From Nitrospirota bacterium (lineage in GTDB: Bacteria; Nitrospirota; Nitrospiria; Nitrospirales; Nitrospiraceae): a stretch of 64,000 nt of DNA. Every line of letters begins with the position of its first letter. Positions within the stretch are counted from its first letter, which is position 1. The notes beneath the pieces were generated by a model. The model saw only the letters and a program-made list of their open reading frames with translations. It was not told where the DNA came from and did not search any database. Below are positions 27,861-40,895 of this stretch, piece after piece. Location: positions 768,001 through 832,000 of the forward strand of contig CAVPBK010000006.1 in assembly GCA_963701855.1 (NCBI GenBank). Direction: 5' to 3'. Both the position numbers and the translations under genes were made by a program.

Positions 27861-28814
27861 ATGACGACCCCGCCACTCCGTCTTGGCATCAGCCGTTGCC
27901 TTCTCGGTGAAGAGGTCCGTTACGACGGGAGACACAAACTGGACAATTTCCTGACGGAGGTGTTGGGCCGCTATGTTGAGTGGATCCCCGTCTGTCCGGA
28001 AGTTGAAGCAGGGCTCGGCACTCCTCGTGAGCCGATGCGGCTGGTCGGCAACCCTCAGAATCCCCGACTCGTGACGATCGAGAGCAGGATAGATCACACG
28101 CGCGCACTGGAGACGATGGCCACGAAGCGGATAGAGGGACTTAAGAGTTTGGACTTATCCGGGTACGTGTTTAAAAAGAACTCGCCGAGCTGTGGTATCC
28201 AGCGAGTTCGTCTCTACAATGAGCATGGAATACCCAGCCGGAACGGAGTCGGGCTATTTGCGCGGGCCTTTATCGAGCAGTTTCCGTTGATTCCAGTCGA
28301 GGAAGAAGGACGGCTCTGCGAGCCTACACTCAGGGAGAATTTTATCGAGCGGATCTTCTGTTACCGCCGCTGGCAGGATCTTGCTCAGAGTGGAGTCACG
28401 AGGCAAGCACTGGTGCAGTTCCACACGATCCACAAATATTTGCTGTTGGCTCATAGTCCACAGCAATACGAGGTGCTCGGACGGCTGGTCGGTCAGGCTC
28501 ATCAGCACCGTCCCAAGGATGTCGCTCACCGGTATGGGGAACTGTTCATGAAGGCATTGGCCGTGAAAGCAACGGTGCGCAAACATGTGAACGTACTCCA
28601 GCACATCCTGGGGTATTTCAAGGAGCGGCTCGGCGCTCACGAGAAAGCCGAGCTATTGGGCGTGATCGGTGATTATCATCAGGGACTCACGCCCTTGATC
28701 GTTCCTCTTACGCTGATCAAGCACTACGTTCAGATCTTCGATGTCGGCTACATTCGTGATCAGGTCTATCTCAATCCGCATCCGAAAGAGCTCATGTTGC
28801 GCAATCATGTGTAG
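27861..28814 (+). CDS. DUF523 (2-thiouracil desulfurase-like) plus DUF1722 (YbgA) protein
   Basis: GISRCLLGEEVRYDG, CPEVEAGLGTPR, SPSCG, FHTIHKYLLLAHS, YLNPHP. Confidence 0.92.
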   Translation: MTTPPLRLGISRCLLGEEVRYDGRHKLDNFLTEVLGRYVEWIPVCPEVEAGLGTPREPMRLVGNPQNPRLVTIESRIDHTRALETMATKRIEGLKSLDLSGYVFKKNSPSCGIQRVRLYNEHGIPSRNGVGLFARAFIEQFPLIPVEEEGRLCEPTLRENFIERIFCYRRWQDLAQSGVTRQALVQFHTIHKYLLLAHSPQQYEVLGRLVGQAHQHRPKDVAHRYGELFMKALAVKATVRKHVNVLQHILGYFKERLGAHEKAELLGVIGDYHQGLTPLIVPLTLIKHYVQIFDVGYIRDQVYLNPHPKELMLRNHV

Positions 28815-28942
28815 CGGGCTGTTGAAAAAGTCCGCCGGCATTGTTCTCGCATCGCTCAGATCCTCAACGTACTCCAGAGGGTACACCTCCGGTCCTTCGC
28901 TCGCTGCGGCCTTGCTGGACGGTCTTTTTGAACTGCCTGCTG
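28812..28942. repeat. MITE/REP-like element, family A
   Basis: TAGCGGGCTGTTGAAAAAG ... CTTTTTGAACTGCCTGCTG inverted repeats; starts in the stop codon of the upstream gene. Confidence 0.75.
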
Positions 28943-29049
28943 ACAATGCGTGAACTGTCTTCGACCGTCGGCATCCTATGTATCCCTGAGTCCCTGAATT
29001 ATTTTTCAACAACCTGGTCATGTTTGTGTATGAAGAAAGGAGTCAGGTA

Positions 29050-29559
29050 ATGGCGACTGTTGTACGGGGAGTGATTCTTGTCGGTCACGGCGGCATTCCC
29101 AAGGGTTGCCCGCAGGAATTGATCACGAAACTGAAACGGCTGGAAGGCCAGCGGCGGGCGGAGGGCACACCGATTTCGGCAGAGGAACATGAATTGGACA
29201 CAAGAATTCGCCAATGGCCGAGGACGTCGGAGACGGACCCCTATCGATCAGGACTTGAAGCGGTGGCTGCTCAGTTGCAGGCCAACCTGGGGGAGGTGCT
29301 GTTTGCTGTCGCCTACAACGAGTTCTGTGCACCGACCTTGGAGGAATCGGTGGAGGAGCTGATCAAGAAGGGCGCGACCCACATTACCGTGACCACAACG
29401 ATGTTTACGCCGGGCGGTTCTCACTCGGAGGTGGAGATTCCAGAAATCCTCGATCATCTGCGGCCACAGCATCCTGGAATCGAACTCCGTTACGCCTGGC
29501 CATTCGACCTGAAGCTTGTCGCGAGTACGTTGGCGGAGCAGGTCAAGCGCTTTTCCTGA
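29050..29559 (+). CDS. CbiX/SirB-family chelatase-like protein
   Basis: VILVGHG, AYNEFCAPTLEE, MFTPGGSHSEVEIP. Confidence 0.85.
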   Translation: MATVVRGVILVGHGGIPKGCPQELITKLKRLEGQRRAEGTPISAEEHELDTRIRQWPRTSETDPYRSGLEAVAAQLQANLGEVLFAVAYNEFCAPTLEESVEELIKKGATHITVTTTMFTPGGSHSEVEIPEILDHLRPQHPGIELRYAWPFDLKLVASTLAEQVKRFS

Positions 29560-29587
29560 GGACAGTTTGCGGTTTCACCACTGCAGA

Positions 29588-32500
29588 CTATTTGGCAACG
29601 GGCAGTTCCGGGTCTCCTCCGTCAGCCGGTGCAGCGAGAATACTTGCGCCAGGCCTACAGGCCGATTCCGGGAAGCAGGGGGGGATCTCGCGCGCCACAC
29701 TCTGATTGTCCGATTTCACGTCGGTCTTCGATTCGGCGACGACCGTCTTAGGGAGATACGTCGACATAACGCTGATTACCGGGGGATCGGACGGCTCGTG
29801 AAGGTACCAGGGCACAACTGAATCGAGGTTGAACGAGGGAGTCAATCCAAAGACACCACCAAAAGGATTGTTGCTCGGAGGGACAGGACAGCCGTTGAAG
29901 CAGACGAGTCCGGGCGGCACGTTCAAGAGCGTGAGGGTGTTACCCGGGAGCACGATTCCCGTTAAGAAGGCGGAGATGCCGGCAACAGCGGTCGTGGAGC
30001 GAATGCTCAGCGTGCCGGGATTCACGTTGACCGTCATGGGCGCCGCTTGTGTCCCCACGACCCCGTTGAGGGCCTGCAGCGCCGAGTTTGCGCCGGCCGT
30101 CACGTTCGTTCCCGAACCAGCCGCGCTCAACACTGAGCCTCCTGCGATGACATTCACCCCTCCACCCGTGCTGAGCGATCCCAACGTCACATCCGTTCCC
30201 GCCGTATAGGTGATGGTGCCGCTGCTGGTGGTCGTGGCGGCGGGGGCCATCGTGATCGAACCGGTCGTCGCTGTCACCATGACGGCACCATTCGCCGTGA
30301 GGTTAGCCGATTGGGCCACCGTATTGACTCCGGTCAAGTTAAGGGTTCCGCCTGTCGAGACTACCGGCCCACCTATAGTCAAGTCGTTGGCGCTGATGGC
30401 GATGTTGCCGGACACCGTTGACGCATTCATCGTCAGGGCGTTGGCGTCTGTCAGTGAGACGTTGTTGCCGTTGGTGATGCCGACGGTGCCGAAGTTGTTG
30501 CTCCCGTTGGTCAAGGTGATGTCGTTGGCTCCAGCAGCCAGGGTTGTGATCCCGGCGATCGTGAGTGCACCAGTCTGCGAGATCGTTCCCCCGGCCGTCG
30601 CATTGAGATTTCCGCTTGCCGTCAGGCTCGGGAACGTGATGGGTGCATTGTCGAACGTCAATGTGAGGTTGCGCAGATTCGTCACACCTGCCAAAGCCGG
30701 GATAGTCGCTCCTGCGTTGAGATTGCGCAATCCGATGTCGCGGATGTTGGTCTGGGTGCCGCCGAAGCCCACGGCGCCACCGAAGTTATTGGCCTGCGTG
30801 TCGAGGAGGATGTCGGAGGCGGCAACAGTAGTCACCAACGTGGTTGCCCCGCCGATCGTCAAGGCTCCGGATTGGGTAATCGAGCCACCAGCCGTGGCGC
30901 TGAGATTGCCGCTCGCCGTCAGGCTCGTGAGCGCGATCGGTGCATTATCGAACGTCAGAGTCAGGTTGCGCAGATTCGTGAGTCCCGCGAGAACCGGAAT
31001 GGTGGCTCCGGCATTCACATTGCGTAGCGATACATCTCGGATGTTGGTCTGCGTGCCGCCAAAGACTACGGCACCGCCGAAGTTGTTCGCCTGGGTGTTG
31101 AGCAGGAGATCGGAGTTCGTCGCGGTGCTTGCGAGAGTGGTCGTTCCGGTCACGGTCAATGCGCCGGACTGGGTCAATGTTCCACCAGTGGTCACAGCGA
31201 GATTCCCGCTGACTGAAGAGGCGCCAAGTACCAGCGCAGTACTATCGGTCAGCGTAACATTGTTGCCACTCGTCACTCCCACCGCGCTGAAATTATTTCC
31301 TACATTGGTCAAGGTGATGTCGTTGGCTCCGGCTGTCAACGTGGTTGTGCTGGCGGCGACGATAGCTCCGGTTTGGGTGATGGCTCCTGTCGACATGATG
31401 CTGAAGGTGCCGGTCGATGTCGTGCCGGTATTGGCACTGACCGTACCGATCGTGACGGGACCAGTTTCGGCCAAGGCAATGTTGCCTCCCGCCACGTTCA
31501 CCAGATCGAAATTATTAGCCGGGTTCGTGAGCGTGACGTTGCCGTGCTTGCCGGCCGTGCCGCCTAGATCCGTGATGGTCAAACTCTGTCCCGCATTCAC
31601 ACTCACCGGCGCACTCTGCGTGAGGTTATAGGTGTTCGTCGTGGTCCCAGTAAAGGTGGGCGCTGCGGTGGTTACCGAGACACTGCCGCCGAAGGTATTG
31701 CTCGCGTTGTTGAGATTTATAGCCTGTGGGAGCAGCGGTGCGCCGGCGAAGGCAGCGGTCGTCCCTGTTGTGTTCACCGTGATGTTGCCGGTGCCGGGCA
31801 GGGGCAGCACGTTGAGATTGGTGTCGGCGCCCAACACAAAGACTGAGCTTCCGCCACCGATGGAGGATTGCGTGCCGCCGATGCGCGTCGTGCCCAGGAG
31901 GCTGACGTTCCCTGCCGATGTCAACGTGGCCTCTCCGACAACGGTGAGTGTTTGGCCAACCGGTAGCGTGAGGTCCCCGACCGTTGTGGTCGCGACAAGA
32001 TTGCCACCGACCGTCGAGGTCCCGAGGGTGAGTGCGCCGCCGTTCGCGAGAGTCACGGAACCGAGCGTGGCGGCCGCGGTCGTATCGAAGGCCGCATTAC
32101 CAGCAACACTTAACGCACCGGACTGACTGATCAAGCCGCCTGCTACTGCAGTCAAATTCCCGCTCGCCGTCAGAGCCGTTAGGATCATCGGCGCGTTATC
32201 GAATGTGAGCGTCAGGTTACGGAGACTTGTGAGCCCCACAAACGCCGGGACGGTAGCCCCGACGTTCACATTGCGCAGGCCCAGATCACGGATGTTGCTC
32301 TGCGTTCCACCGAACAACACTGCACCACCGAAGTTATTCGCCTGCGTGTCGAGCAGGATATCGGAGTCTGCCACGGTCGTGGCCAGTGTAGTCGTGCCAG
32401 AAACCGTAATTGCGCCAGTCTCGGTGATCGATCCGCCGGCTGTCACATTCAGATTACCACCCGCTATCAGCGTCAGAGCCGGAAGTGTGATCGGGGCGTT

Positions 32501-35500
32501 GTCGAACGTCAGGGTCAAGTTGCGCAGATTAGTCAGGCCGGCCAAGGCCGGGATAGTCGCTCCAGCGTTGAGGTTACGCAATCCGACGTCGCGGATGTTG
32601 GTCTGGATGCCGCCAAAATCCACGGGGTCGCCGAAGTTGTTGGCTTGCGTGCCGAGCAAGAAGTCTGATCCCACAACGGTGGTGGCCAACGTCGTCGCTA
32701 CCGCCGACCGTCACGGCACCGGACTGATTGATCGAGCCCCCCGCCGTGAGATTCACATTGCCACTCGCCATCAGGGTCGGTAACGTCATCGCGGCATTAT
32801 CGAAGGTCAGTGTCAGGTTCCGCAGATTGGTCAGACCGGCGAGGACCGGCACCGTCGCCCCGGCGTTGACATTCCGCAGCTGCACGTCACGGAGGTTGGT
32901 CTGGGTGCCGCCGAAGCTCACGGCGCCGCCGAAGTTGTTCGCCTGAGTATCCAGCAGGATGTCGGTGTTGACTGCCGTGGCCGTGAATGATGTGGTGCCG
33001 GTCACCGCGAGCGCTCCGCTTTGTGAGAGCACGCCGCCCGTCGTAAGGGCAAGATTGCCGCTGAGGGTGGACGCGGCGAGAATCAGCGCGTTAGCGTCAG
33101 CCAGAGCGACGTTGTTGCCGTTGGTGATGCCGACGGTGCTGAAGTCGTTGCCCGCATTGGTCAGTGTGATGTCGTTCGCTCCAGCAGCCAGGGTTGTCAT
33201 CCCAGCGACCGTGAGTGGGCCGCTTTGGGACAGGACGCCATTTATCGTGACGTTGAGATTGCCGCTGACCGTAGAGGCGCCCAGCACCAACGCATTGGTG
33301 TCCGTCAGCGATACATTGTTGCCGCTGGTGATACCGACAGTGCTGAAGTTGTTGCCCACGTTGGTGAGCGTGATGTCATTCGCCACGCCTGCCGCAAGCG
33401 TGGTCGCGCCAGTGACCGCTACCGCACCGTTCTGGGTGATGGCACCGCCGGTGGTGACGTCGAGGCTACCCGAGACGGTCGAGGCACCGAGAACGAGAGC
33501 GTTGGCATCGTTGTATAGGACGTTGCCGGTTGTGTTGGCCGTAAGAGTCGCGACATCGTTCGCACCGTTCGTCAGCTGGTATGGCCCGCTGCCCTGAAGA
33601 CTCAAGGCCGACGCGAGAATCGGTTGGGTCTGTGAGACCAATCCGCCGCTCTGTAACGTAACGGTACCGGCGTTCGCAGTAAGGCCTGCGATGGCAGGAT
33701 GGAAACCATCCACGGTGGCGCTGACACTGCTAACCGCAAATCCGTTCGTGTCAGTAACGCTGATGTTCCCTGCTGTAGTCTGAGCGGCCAAGGTTGTGAC
33801 GTTGTTAGTGGGTTGCGTCAAGCTAATGCCCGTGACGGCGGATAGACCGGCTGTACTGGCCGTGATGGTTCCCGCGGTCTGTGTGATGGTTCCTGTTGTC
33901 GTCAGCCTCAACGAACCGGTACCCACGGTCAGATTGCTGCCCAGACTGATCCCGCCTGATCCGCTGAGGACGCCAAGATTCTGATTTCCACTGACAAAGG
34001 GCGCATTCTCGAAAGTCACAGAGCCAGTGCCGCCGTTCACCACGTTTATGGCGCTTGGGGCTGCCGCGACACCGGTGACAAAGATGTTGCCGGTATGGGT
34101 AGGCCGGCCGATCGTAAAGCTGCCCGCCGTCACGCCGGCGAAATTCGACCCGTAATAAACGTCCGTCACGCGCCCGGTATTCACGTCACCGAACTCAATC
34201 GTTCGCGTCAACACGCTGGGCGCAAGCGAGAACGCGCCAGTACCTACATTGATGCTGGCGCCGTTCGGATTCAACGTGTCGGTGAAGAAATTGATCAGCC
34301 CATTACCGGTTGTCGCGACGGTGGTGCCGCCCGTAAGGTTGATCGCCGGCGCGTCGACGGTGACGCCTGATCCCGCAGCGTTGTTTATGGCATTGCTGCC
34401 GAACGTGACGGTTCCACCGGTCGAGGTCAGGGTGGTGGCTTGATTCATCGTCACGTTGTCGTTGTAGGTTTGATTCCCGGATGTCGTGACGCTTCCACCA
34501 TTGATGGCCGTGGTGCCGCCGGCATTCGTCGTCAGACTCGTGAGAGCCGTTGAATTCCCGACTGCGCTGTTGAATGTTGTCGTGCCGGTGCTGTTGGCCG
34601 TCAGACTGAAGGCGCCGTTGACCGTGCCGTTCATCATAATAGCGCCGTTGCCGGCATTCATGGCAACATTGGTTCCGAGGGTGACCGGGCTATTCAACGT
34701 GATCGCACTATTCGTCGTCGTGAGATTACCGTTGAGCGTGGTCGCTCCGATGTATGTCTGTGTGCCGACTGTGGTGACAGGACCCAGGGCGATAGAACCA
34801 ACAGTGGCACTCAGTGAGGAGAGAGGGGTGGTTCCGCCAATGGCACTCAGAAAATTGATGCCTCCCGTTCCACTGGAGACGGTGAGCTGAGACCCACCAT
34901 TGACCGTTCCGCCGACGGTCATCGTCGTTCCATCTGCGACAGTGAACGCGCTATTTGCGGCTAAGGTAATGGGCCCGGCAAAGGTATTATTCCCGGCGAG
35001 ATTGGCGAGGGTCCCGCCGTTGAGCGTGATGGACTCCGTGGTGCTGTAGTTGATCCCGCCGCTGAAGCCCAGGGTTGCTCCGGCAGCGACTGTCGTCCCA
35101 CCCGCTACTGTCCCCAGCGCATTGTTGACTGCCGCAACCAACGTCCCCGCATTAATATTTGTTACGCCGGTATACGTGTTGTTCCCCGAGAGGGTGAGCG
35201 TTCCCACTCCTTGCTTCGTCAGGCCCCCCGTGCCGCTCAGCACGCCCGAGTAGGTGGTGGACGAGTTGTCTCCGCCGGCGGTCAAGATGCCGCTCCCGAG
35301 CGTGACAGTGCCCGCGCCGGCCAGTGACCCGATCGTCTCGGCAAAGTTGTTCAGATTGAAGGTCGCGCCGCCCGCCACGGTGAGCGCACTGGTATCGGCG
35401 ATGCGGTTTGCCGCACCCAAGGTGAGCGTCCCCGCGTTGATGGTCGTCGCACCCGTGTACGTGTTCGCGCCCGAGAGCGTGAAGATCCCCGTACCTTGCT

Positions 35501-38500
35501 TCGTCAATCCTCCGGCGCCGCTCAAGATCCCGGTATAGGTGGTCGTGCCATTGTTCCCACCCGTGGTCAGCGTGCCGGCACCGAGCGTGACGTTGCCTCC
35601 AGCGGCCCCGCCGCCCGCGAGCGAGCCGATCGTTTCGCTGGTGCCGTTGAGATCCAGGGTCGCGCCCGCAACATTCGCAAGCGTGACGGCGGACGTATCG
35701 GCGATGGCCGCGCCCCCGGCCACCTGCACGGTGCCCGCATTGATCGTCGTCGCGCCGGTATAGGTATTGGCGCCCGAGAGCGTGAAGATCCCGGCCCCGG
35801 CTTTGGTCAGCCCACCGGTCCCGCTCAGCACGCCCGAGTAGGTCGTGTTCGTCGCATCGCCCGTGGTGAGCGTCGCGGATCCTAACGTCACAGCACCGGC
35901 CCCACTCAAGGACCCGATCGTCTCGGCAAAGCTATTCAGGTCGAAGGTGGCCCCCGCATTGACCGTAACAGCATTGGTGTCTGCGATGCGGTTCGATGCA
36001 CCGAGTTGCAAAGTGCCTGCATTGATGGTCGTCGCACCCGTGTAGGTGTTGACCCCTCCATAGATGAGCGTACCGTTGCCGTCCTTCGTTAAGGCACCGG
36101 CGCCGGAGATCACTCCATTTTCAGTCAGTGTGGTTCCCACCGCACTGGTGATGGTTTCCGAGCCAGCGGCGAGGCTGATGGGTCCGGCGAAGATATTGTT
36201 ACCGGCCAGATTGCTGAGGGTTGCGCCAGTATTGAGTGTGACCGATTCCGCGGTGGCATAATTGATCCCGCCGCTGAAGCCCAGGGTTGCTCCGGCAGCG
36301 ACTGTCGTCCCACCCGCTACTGTCCCCAGCGCGTTGTTGACTGCCGCAACCAACGTTCCCGCATTGACGTTTGTTACGCCGGTATACGTGTTATTCCCCG
36401 AGAGGGTGAGCGTTCCCACTCCTTGCTTCGTCAGGCCCCCCGTGCCGCTCAGCACGCCCGAGTAGGTGGTGGACGAGTTGTCTCCGCCGGCGGTCAGGAT
36501 GCCGCTCCCGAGCGTGACAGTGCCCGCGCCGGCCAGTGACCCGATCGTCTCGGCAAAGTTGTTCAGATTGAAGGTCGCGCCGCCCGCCACGGTGAGCGCA
36601 CTGGTATCGGCGATGCGGTTTGCCGCGCCCAAGGTGAGCGTCCCCGCGTTGATGGTCGTCGCACCCGTGTACGTGTTCGCGCCCGAGAGGGTGAAGATCC
36701 CGGTCCCGGCTTTAGTCAGGCCGCCCGTCCCGCTCAGCACGCCCGAATACGTCGTCGCGGCATTATTCCCTCCAGCGGTGAGCGTGCCCACGCCGAGCGC
36801 CACATTGCCACCAAGGGCACCCCCGCCGGCTAATGACCCGATCGTTTCGTTCGTGCCGTTGAGATCCAATGTGGCGCCCGCGACATTGGCAAGGGTGACG
36901 GCGGACGTATCGGCAATGGCCGCGCCCCCGGCCACCTGCAACGTCCCGGCATTGATGGTGGTGGCACCGGTATAGGTATTGGCGCCCGAGAGCGTGAAGA
37001 TCCCGGCCCCGGCTTTGGTCAGCCCACCGGTCCCGCTCAGCACGCCCGAGTAGGTGGTGGACGAGTTGTCTCCGCCGGCGGTCAAGATGCCGCTCCCGAG
37101 CGTGACAGTGCCCGCGCCGGCCAGTGACCCGATCGTCTCGGCAAAGTTGTTCAGATTGAAGGTCGCGCCGCCCGCCACGGTGAGCGCACTGGTATCGGCG
37201 ATGCGGTTTGCCGCACCCAAGGTGAGCGTCCCCGCGTTGATGGTCGTCGCACCCGTGTACGTGTTCGCGCCCGAGAGCGTGAAGATCCCCGTACCTTGCT
37301 TCGTCAATCCTCCGGCGCCGCTCAAGATCCCGGTATAGGTGGTCGTGCCATTGTTCCCACCCGTGGTCAGCGTGCCGGCACCGAGCGTGACGTTGCCTCC
37401 AGCGGCCCCGCCGCCCGCGAGCGAGCCGATCGTTTCGCTGGTGCCGTTGAGATCCAGGGTCGCGCCCGCAACATTCGCAAGCGTGACGGCGGACGTATCG
37501 GCGATGGCCGCGCCCCCGGCCACCTGCACGATGCCCGCATTGATCGTCGTCGCGCCGGTATAGGTATTGACGCCCGAGAGCGTGAAGATCCCGGCCCCGG
37601 CTTTGGTCAGCCCACCGGTCCCGCTCAGCACGCCCGAGTAGGTCGTGTTCGTCGCATCGCCCGTGGTGAGCGTCGCGGATCCTAACGTCACAGCACCGGC
37701 CCCACTCAAGGACCCGATCGTCTCGGCAAAGCTATTCAGGTCGAAGGTGGCCCCCGCGGCCACGGTGAGCGCACTCGTATTGGCGATCCGGTTTGCCGCG
37801 CCCAAGGTGAGCGTCCCCGCGTTGATGGTCGTCGCGCCGGTATACGTGTTATTCCCCGAGAGGGTGAGCGTTCCCACTCCTTGCTTCGTCAGGCCCCCCG
37901 TGCCGCTCAGCACGCCCGAGTAGGTGGTGGACGAGTTGTCTCCGCCGGCGGTCAGGATGCCGCTCCCGAGCGTGACAGTGCCCGCGCCGGCCAGTGACCC
38001 GATCGTCTCGGCAAAGTTGTTCAGATTGAAGGTCGCGCCGCCCGCCACGGTGAGCGCACTGGTATCGGCGATGCGGTTTGCCGCGCCCAAGGTGAGCGTC
38101 CCCGCGTTGATGGTCGTCGCACCCGTGTACGTGTTCGCGCCCGAGAGGGTGAAGATCCCGGTCCCGGCTTTAGTCAGGCCGCCCGTCCCGCTCAGCACGC
38201 CCGAATACGTCGTCGCGGCATTATTCCCTCCAGCGGTGAGCGTGCCCACGCCGAGCGCCACATTGCCACCAAGGGCACCCCCGCCGGCTAATGACCCGAT
38301 CGTTTCGTTCGTGCCGTTGAGATCCAATGTGGCGCCCGCGACATTGGCAAGGGTGACGGCGGACGTATCGGCAATGGCCGCGCCCCCGGCCACCTGCAGC
38401 GTCCCGGCATTGATGGTGGTGGCACCGGTATAGGTATTGGCGCCCGAGAGCGTGAAGATCCCGGCCCCGGCTTTGGTCAGCCCACCGGTCCCGCTCAGCA

Positions 38501-40709
38501 CGCCCGAGTAGGTGGTGGACGAGTTGTCTCCGCCGGCGGTCAAGATGCCGGTCCCGAGCGTGACAGTGCCCGCGCCGGCCAGTGACCCGATCGTCTCGGC
38601 AAAGTTGTTCAGATTGAAGGTCGCGCCGCCCGCCACGGTGAGCGCACTGGTATCGGCGATGCGGTTTGCCGCACCCAAGGTGAGCGTCCCCGCGTTGATG
38701 GTCGTCGCACCCGTGTACGTGTTCGCGCCCGAGAGCGTGAAGATCCCCGTACCTTGCTTCGTCAATCCTCCGGCGCCGCTGATGACGCCGCTAATCGTTA
38801 ACGCACCGGCATTGTTCAGGGAAAGCGACCCGGTACCGAACGCCACATTTCCGGCAACGGTCGAGGCAGTCGTCGATTGCAATGAGATCGTTCCGGCGGT
38901 GGTTGTTAGCGCTTGCGCTGTAATACCGCCTGGACTAAATGGCCCGACGGCCGAGGTACCTATCGTGAGAGAGATGTTCCCGCTCCCAGCATTTAATGTG
39001 GTGCCCGCTCCCATCGTGATGTTTCCGACTCCGGCCAGCCGATCTGCCGCTGTAGCGGCGAAATCGTTTGCAGTGAGAGAGATGTTCCCGTTGGTCGTAC
39101 TTACGTTTGCATTGACGGCGATCGAACGACCGGCCTGCATCGTAATTCCGACTCCGGCATTGGTCATCGCGATGGCGTTGGTAACAGTGATGTCGGTATT
39201 GGCCTGGAGGACGACGTTGGCCAATTGGCCATTGATGCTCGCCGGCGTAATTGTGGTTGTGGCACCGATGTTGTTGCCGAACAGATTATTTACTCCATTG
39301 TTGTATGCCACGCCTGCCGCGGCGATCGTAATGTTTCGAGGATCTAGCAACAGAGTACCCGCTCTGCCGAACGGCGCCAGTGCGTTGACCGTTCCGGCGA
39401 TGCCCAGGTTTTCCTTGCTGGAGAGCTCGACAAATCCGCCGTTGCCGCCCAGTTCGCCGCCGCGTGCAAGGATGGTCGCTCCGCTATCAAAGAACGTATT
39501 GTGATCCGACCAGACACGCAGCCGACCTCCGGAAGAGTGGCCGATTCCGCTGATGTCGATGGTGCTGCCGCTTGCCAGCACCGTGCGTGTCGTCGAAGCG
39601 ATGACCACGTCTCCGCCATTCACACCCTCTGCTCCCGTAGCCACAATCGAACCGAACTGTCCAACCCGCTCCCCCACCATTGTCACAGATCCCTGCGCTG
39701 CATTCGGTGCTACGGCTGCCACATCGATCGTACCTGTATTGACGACGGCGCCACTCACATCGCCGGACGGGCGCATTGCTCCAGCCGTCGTAGCTGCGAC
39801 CAGCCTCTCGTCTCCGCCGAGGAGCTGAACCACTCCTCCATGATTCTCGAAGCTGCGAGCTCGGATCACGCCGCTCTGATTCACGACGGAGGAGAAGATG
39901 TCCCCGGAGGCTTTGGCCTGCAGAATGACGTGGCCACCATCGGCTTGGATCGTGCCTGTATTGCTAACCGCTGAGCTGAGGGGCTTGCCATCAACACCTA
40001 TCACTTGATCCAGCACCTTACCACCGAGGACGTAATTGATGAGGCCGTCTCCCATCAAGTCGACCGTGAGCGTCTTGCCTGAGGCTAAGACGGCGGTGCC
40101 GAGATTTGCGACTATCATACCCTCGTTCGACACTCCAGGAGCAGCGAGCACCACGAAGCCGTGGTCGGACACATGAATCGTGCCTTGGTTCACCACGGAC
40201 TTAAGACTCATGAGCGGATCTTGTGCGAAAAGGTACCGGCCTGCCATGAAGTCATCGTCACGAATTTGCAGCGTGGTGGCGAGCAATCCGCCGACGTCGA
40301 TCTGGGCACCGGCGCCGAAGAGGATGCCGTTCGGGTTTAAGAGGAAGATGCGACCATTCGATTGCAGGTGTCCAAGAATCACAGAGGGATCGGTTCCAAT
40401 CACCCGATTTAATGCGATCGAATGCACCGATGGTTGCACAAAATGAACGGTTTCATCCCCTGCGATCGAAAAGCTTTTCCAGTTGAGAATGGCCTTGTCG
40501 GTAGTCTGTTGTATATCCAGCTGGTGCGGATTGACCTGTTGAATGGTTGCATGGCCGCCGACCACGTTGCCATCGATTGGAAGGGCCACGACCAGGCTCG
40601 GCAAGAACAGCTGGAGTGAAGCCAAGACAGCACAGAGGGCTCGGTACGGATTTGAAAATCCACGCCACCGGCTTCCGACTGCGATCTTCCGAGAACTCCT
40701 GTTGGTCAT
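29588..40709 (-). CDS. Giant filamentous haemagglutinin-like TpsA exoprotein (about 3,706 aa if the frameshift at ~32699 is corrected)
   Basis: Signal peptide; TPS domain (ALNRV, LLNPNGILFG); many autotransporter-type beta repeats GGLTK.G.G.FTLSGANTYTGATTINAGTL. The same repeat type continues across the frameshift. Confidence 0.9.
35049..38780. repeat. Near-identical intragenic duplications in tpsA
   Basis: 35234-35957 vs 37034-37757 (offset 1800, two mismatches seen); ~36377-37322 vs ~37835-38780 (offset 1458); ~35049 vs ~36261 (offset 1212). Confidence 0.9.
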
Positions 40710-40895
40710 CTTTCCAGTGGGCTCCTTCTATGTAGATGATCGCAGTTACATGGAGAAAAGTCGTTATACAAACGATATGCCTCGGAGGGACTATCCCGAA
40801 TGAATGCAAGGCAATACTGCTGTTCTAACGAGTGACAACGAATCACAGTGGACATCATTGTTACCTTTGGCCAGAAAGAGTCACTCGCATGCTCC

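Noticed and set aside
28653..29050. Small ORFs such as SGLLKKSAGIVLASLRSSTY
   Set aside because: Translations of the MITE family A repeat.
29588..30200. CdiA toxin/immunity module
   Set aside because: No VENN/DUF637-type pre-toxin motif, no toxin-like C-terminus, no downstream co-oriented immunity ORF.
30210..39974. Many Val/Pro-rich plus-strand ORFs
   Set aside because: Antisense shadows of the repetitive tpsA gene.
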